A stretch of 64,000 bases of DNA from Salinispira sp. (GTDB lineage Bacteria > Spirochaetota > Spirochaetia > DSM-27196 > Salinispiraceae): positions 32,001 to 96,000 of the forward strand of contig CBDDDG010000018.1 of the NCBI GenBank assembly GCA_965226555.1. The letters are read 5' to 3'. Positions 61,207 through 64,000 of the stretch are shown piece by piece. The notes beneath the pieces were generated by a model. That model was not told the DNA's origin and searched no databases. It saw only the letters and a program-made list of their open reading frames with translations. How positions within the stretch are numbered: position 1 is the stretch's first letter; each line of letters begins with the position of its first letter. A program made the translations under genes and the position numbers.

Positions 61207-62458
61207 TGGGATATTAAGGTTTGAACAGACCCCACTTTGACCTATTATGCGATCATTTCTTCCGAGTGCCAAGCCCTCCATCGCTCAAGCGTCGGCCGTG
61301 TGAGCCGTTGCTCCATTATGATCGGCTTGAGCCGGAGAATATCACTATCCACATTGGTATTCCGTTGCCTCAAAAGATCCAGCGGAGTCCCTTTGCGGTA
61401 GGTGTTGAACCGCCGGTAATTGAAATCTATCTGATACTCCTCGGCTTCCTTAAGAAACTCATTGAGCTTTGGATTCATCACCTGACTGTAGAACTCATCC
61501 TCAATGAGCCGGTGCGAGGACTCGACAGAACTGTTCCATGTGCAATGCCCGGGCGGAATACGCCGATACTCGACACCCGCCTGTATGAGCGCCTGCTCAA
61601 ACCCCGACGTTCGGGTCTTGCTCAGATGCCGAACGGTGAACTCTGCCCCGTTATCGGTCTGAACCGTTATGCCGTTGACAAGGTCTCCGCCGCGATTCCG
61701 CAGGTGCTCCAGCAGGTACTCGGCGAACAAGGTTGTTACCATACTGCTCTTCTCATTGGCGAAGGCGTACCACAGAGCCCCTGTCGCCCGATCCCGGGCG
61801 GTTATCTGGTACTTCGGAACGTCTAAACACTTCTGAGAAAACCGCATAGCGGGAATGTCCGTCAGATACTTGATATCAATCTGAATGCACTCGCCGAACT
61901 TCATCCTGTCGGTTACCTCCCGCAAATCTCTCTTGGGCCGCGCCTTCGGCTTCTTTGTTTTCCGCGCCCCTATCTGCTTTAGCGTCTTGATAATTGTCGG
62001 CAGGCTGTACTTCCCGCCAACTTCCGTCTGCAACTGCTTTTGCACCTGCGTTCCAATGATTTTGTTGTGATTCCGAGCCTTGGTCTGGGCAAGACTCTCG
62101 AGATGACACCAGTGCCCGAATTTCATCTTCATCGGATGATTGGTCGTGCCCCGCTTTTTGTCTTCAAGACCCTCGCCGGATTCAAAGCGCCGAACCCACC
62201 TCCGCACCGTGTTGCGCGACACCTCGAACTCCCGAGCAGCCGCCTTGATCGAATGCTCTTGGGCATACCGAACCATCCGCAACCGCCACTCATACATCGA
62301 AGCCGCCTGATACTTCCGAGACTTGAGATGATACTGAGAATATGTGATACTACTGTTCACTGTTTCCCTCCTTTTATGTTTTATACAACCCCCAGTGTGT
62401 ACGAATAACCTTCGTTTTACACTGGGGAGGAGGGGTCAGCTCAAAGGTTTATATCCCA
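61207..62458 (-). mobile_element. IS481-like insertion sequence with 15-bp target duplication
   Basis: 27-bp imperfect TIR TGGGATAT(T/A)A..TTTGA.C.GACCCC; TTTTTTCAAATTTTT at 61192-61206 and 62459-62473. Confidence 0.88.
61245..62360 (-). CDS. DDE transposase (HTH plus rve integrase core, IS481-like)
   Basis: AAREFEVSRNTVRRW, IQIDIK, QTDNGAEF, VESSHR motifs. Confidence 0.88.
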   Translation of the reverse strand: MNSSITYSQYHLKSRKYQAASMYEWRLRMVRYAQEHSIKAAAREFEVSRNTVRRWVRRFESGEGLEDKKRGTTNHPMKMKFGHWCHLESLAQTKARNHNKIIGTQVQKQLQTEVGGKYSLPTIIKTLKQIGARKTKKPKARPKRDLREVTDRMKFGECIQIDIKYLTDIPAMRFSQKCLDVPKYQITARDRATGALWYAFANEKSSMVTTLFAEYLLEHLRNRGGDLVNGITVQTDNGAEFTVRHLSKTRTSGFEQALIQAGVEYRRIPPGHCTWNSSVESSHRLIEDEFYSQVMNPKLNEFLKEAEEYQIDFNYRRFNTYRKGTPLDLLRQRNTNVDSDILRLKPIIMEQRLTRPTLERWRAWHSEEMIA

Positions 62459-62479
62459 TTTTTTCAAATTTTTCTTGTA

Positions 62480-63457
62480 TCAAAACAGTCCCCGAACCTT
62501 AATTGAGTGAACAAGAAGGTGTATAACATAAAATACAAGAGTAAGAAACAGAAACAGCCGATAGCGGATCACATTTCCCAGTCTGAAACCGTTACTGTCC
62601 CGCTGCTGGATTAAGCCCATAATTTCTTCGTACATTGTATGCGATACTACCGGGCTTTCGAGGTATGTCCCATTCGTCAGACGGGCAATGTCCTTCAACA
62701 CCGTACTGTTGCGTTTTGCAATAACCGTCTTATTGTCTTTTTTCAAAACACTGTCTCCCTGGGGAATGGCAGCGCCTTCCTCAGTTCCCAGACCATAGGC
62801 AAAAATGGGAATGCCCTTCCGGGCGGCAAGCAGGGCAGCTCTGTCGCTGTTGCCGCTCAGTGAATCGCCATCTGAAAACAGAATGATAACTCTGTGAGTA
62901 TTAATGCCCGGAGGAAACGACTCAATTGCCGTTTCCAGAGCCAGCTCAAGGTTACTGCCGGGTGTTGAAATTACCTCAGTATTTAAAAAGGCAAGAACAT
63001 TTTCCAGAGCAAAGACGTCCGTTGTCGGGGGCAGAAGCAGGGTGCCATCTCCCTTGAAGGCTACCAGACCCATTCGGGAACCAGTATATTTCTCGCTTAG
63101 TTCCTGTATGAAATCTCTGGCGCGCCCGAGGCGATTCGGCTGAACATCCTCCGCAAGCATACTATATGACACATCTACCACATACATTATATCAATACCA
63201 ACACGATCTTCCTCAATTGGCTCCTCCCTCCAGCTCAGCCCCGAAAGGCTCAATACAAAAAATGTATATACAAGGAGCATGCAGAGAGATGAAAGGAGCC
63301 ACTTAATGAAAAATACTGAGCGCAGACCCTTCTTGTTCCAAATTGTTCCCAGTTTTTTGAGGTCCCTGCGATTGAGCCGATATTCTCTCAACTGAAACAA
63401 AAATAAGACCGGCAGGCCGAGAAACATGAGGAATATCGATAGATCCGATAGAATCAT
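62480..63457 (-). CDS. BatB-like vWA domain membrane protein
   Basis: VVDVSYSMLAEDVQPNRL, FSDGD, GLGTEEG motifs. Confidence 0.85.
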   Translation of the reverse strand: MILSDLSIFLMFLGLPVLFLFQLREYRLNRRDLKKLGTIWNKKGLRSVFFIKWLLSSLCMLLVYTFFVLSLSGLSWREEPIEEDRVGIDIMYVVDVSYSMLAEDVQPNRLGRARDFIQELSEKYTGSRMGLVAFKGDGTLLLPPTTDVFALENVLAFLNTEVISTPGSNLELALETAIESFPPGINTHRVIILFSDGDSLSGNSDRAALLAARKGIPIFAYGLGTEEGAAIPQGDSVLKKDNKTVIAKRNSTVLKDIARLTNGTYLESPVVSHTMYEEIMGLIQQRDSNGFRLGNVIRYRLFLFLTLVFYVIHLLVHSIKVRGLF

Positions 63458-64000
63458 AATAACTCTCTGAGCAGCATTTTTCTCAGAATGTAGTCCAGAA
63501 CAATGAGCGCAAAGGCTGCCAATATGATCTGCCGGTGCTGGGGTTCTTTCACAACATCGACTCGAATTCGTGTTTCAACCCGTTCAAGACTGTCAATGGC
63601 TAAAAGAACCTTTTCAAAATTCTGAGGATTTGTTACGGTATAGTACTCCCCGCCGGACTGGACGGCAATCTGCTGGAGAAGATCTTCATGCTGCCTCCCC
63701 CGATATGTTGCCCGATACGGCCTTCCTGTTTCAGGATCAATAAACTCGATGAAGCCCTCTCCATCGCTTCCAATATCGACAACATAAATACGAATACCCG
63801 CCTCCACCGCAAGCGCGGTAGCCGATAAGGGACGGATTTCGCCCGCATTGTTTTCCCCATCGGTAAATAAAATGATGAGTTTTTCATCAACAGATGAATC
63901 GAGCAAGTGAAGTGATGCCAGCGCTATGCCCATACCGAGGGCAGTTCCCTCGCCAAGCTCCAGCACCTGCAATTTTCCGACCGCATCTGTCAGGTAGTCG
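63454..64000 (-). CDS. BatA-like vWA domain protein (5' part outside the window)
   Basis: GTALGMG, LFTDGENNAGEI, LQQIA...GG.YY, IDSLE motifs. Confidence 0.85.
   Translation of the reverse strand, partial: DYLTDAVGKLQVLELGEGTALGMGIALASLHLLDSSVDEKLIILFTDGENNAGEIRPLSATALAVEAGIRIYVVDIGSDGEGFIEFIDPETGRPYRATYRGRQHEDLLQQIAVQSGGEYYTVTNPQNFEKVLLAIDSLERVETRIRVDVVKEPQHRQIILAAFALIVLDYILRKMLLRELL

Overview
This is a 64-kb chromosomal window from a spirochaete. The blocks tmk-tamB-bamA-skp-mutS-comF, rny-ymdB-tlyA-GerMN-der, rpsT-HU-lnt and infA-bat match gene orders I recall from Borrelia/Treponema. The FN3, FG-GAP and BspA-type surface lipoproteins suggest a host-associated organism (inference). Three accessory islands interrupt the housekeeping backbone (about 28.3-41.3, 48.2-51.7 and 56.3-62.5 kb). 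Each pairs repeat-rich surface lipoprotein genes with Rpn-family PD-(D/E)XK nuclease cassettes. Four features stand out. (1) An Rpn mosaic: three unrelated nuclease N-termini, exchangeable C-terminal tails, an internal SD+ATG for a small RpnS-like protein in all five full-length copies, and two stand-alone RpnS-like genes; three nuclease copies are knocked out by insertions that all spare the small gene. (2) G/C homopolymer switches on three lipoproteins, including a poly-C leader ORF that, with one more C, would run about 113 codons and overlap the lipoprotein ATG. (3) A family of nested 27-231-bp hairpin miniature elements whose ends match the resident IS5 termini; several abut stop codons and one is translated in folC. 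(4) Frequent in-frame micro-duplications in core genes. An intact IS5 (5-bp TSD) and an IS481-like element (15-bp TSD) are also present. I saw no rRNA, tRNA or CRISPR array. All calls were made by eye and no database searches were run.
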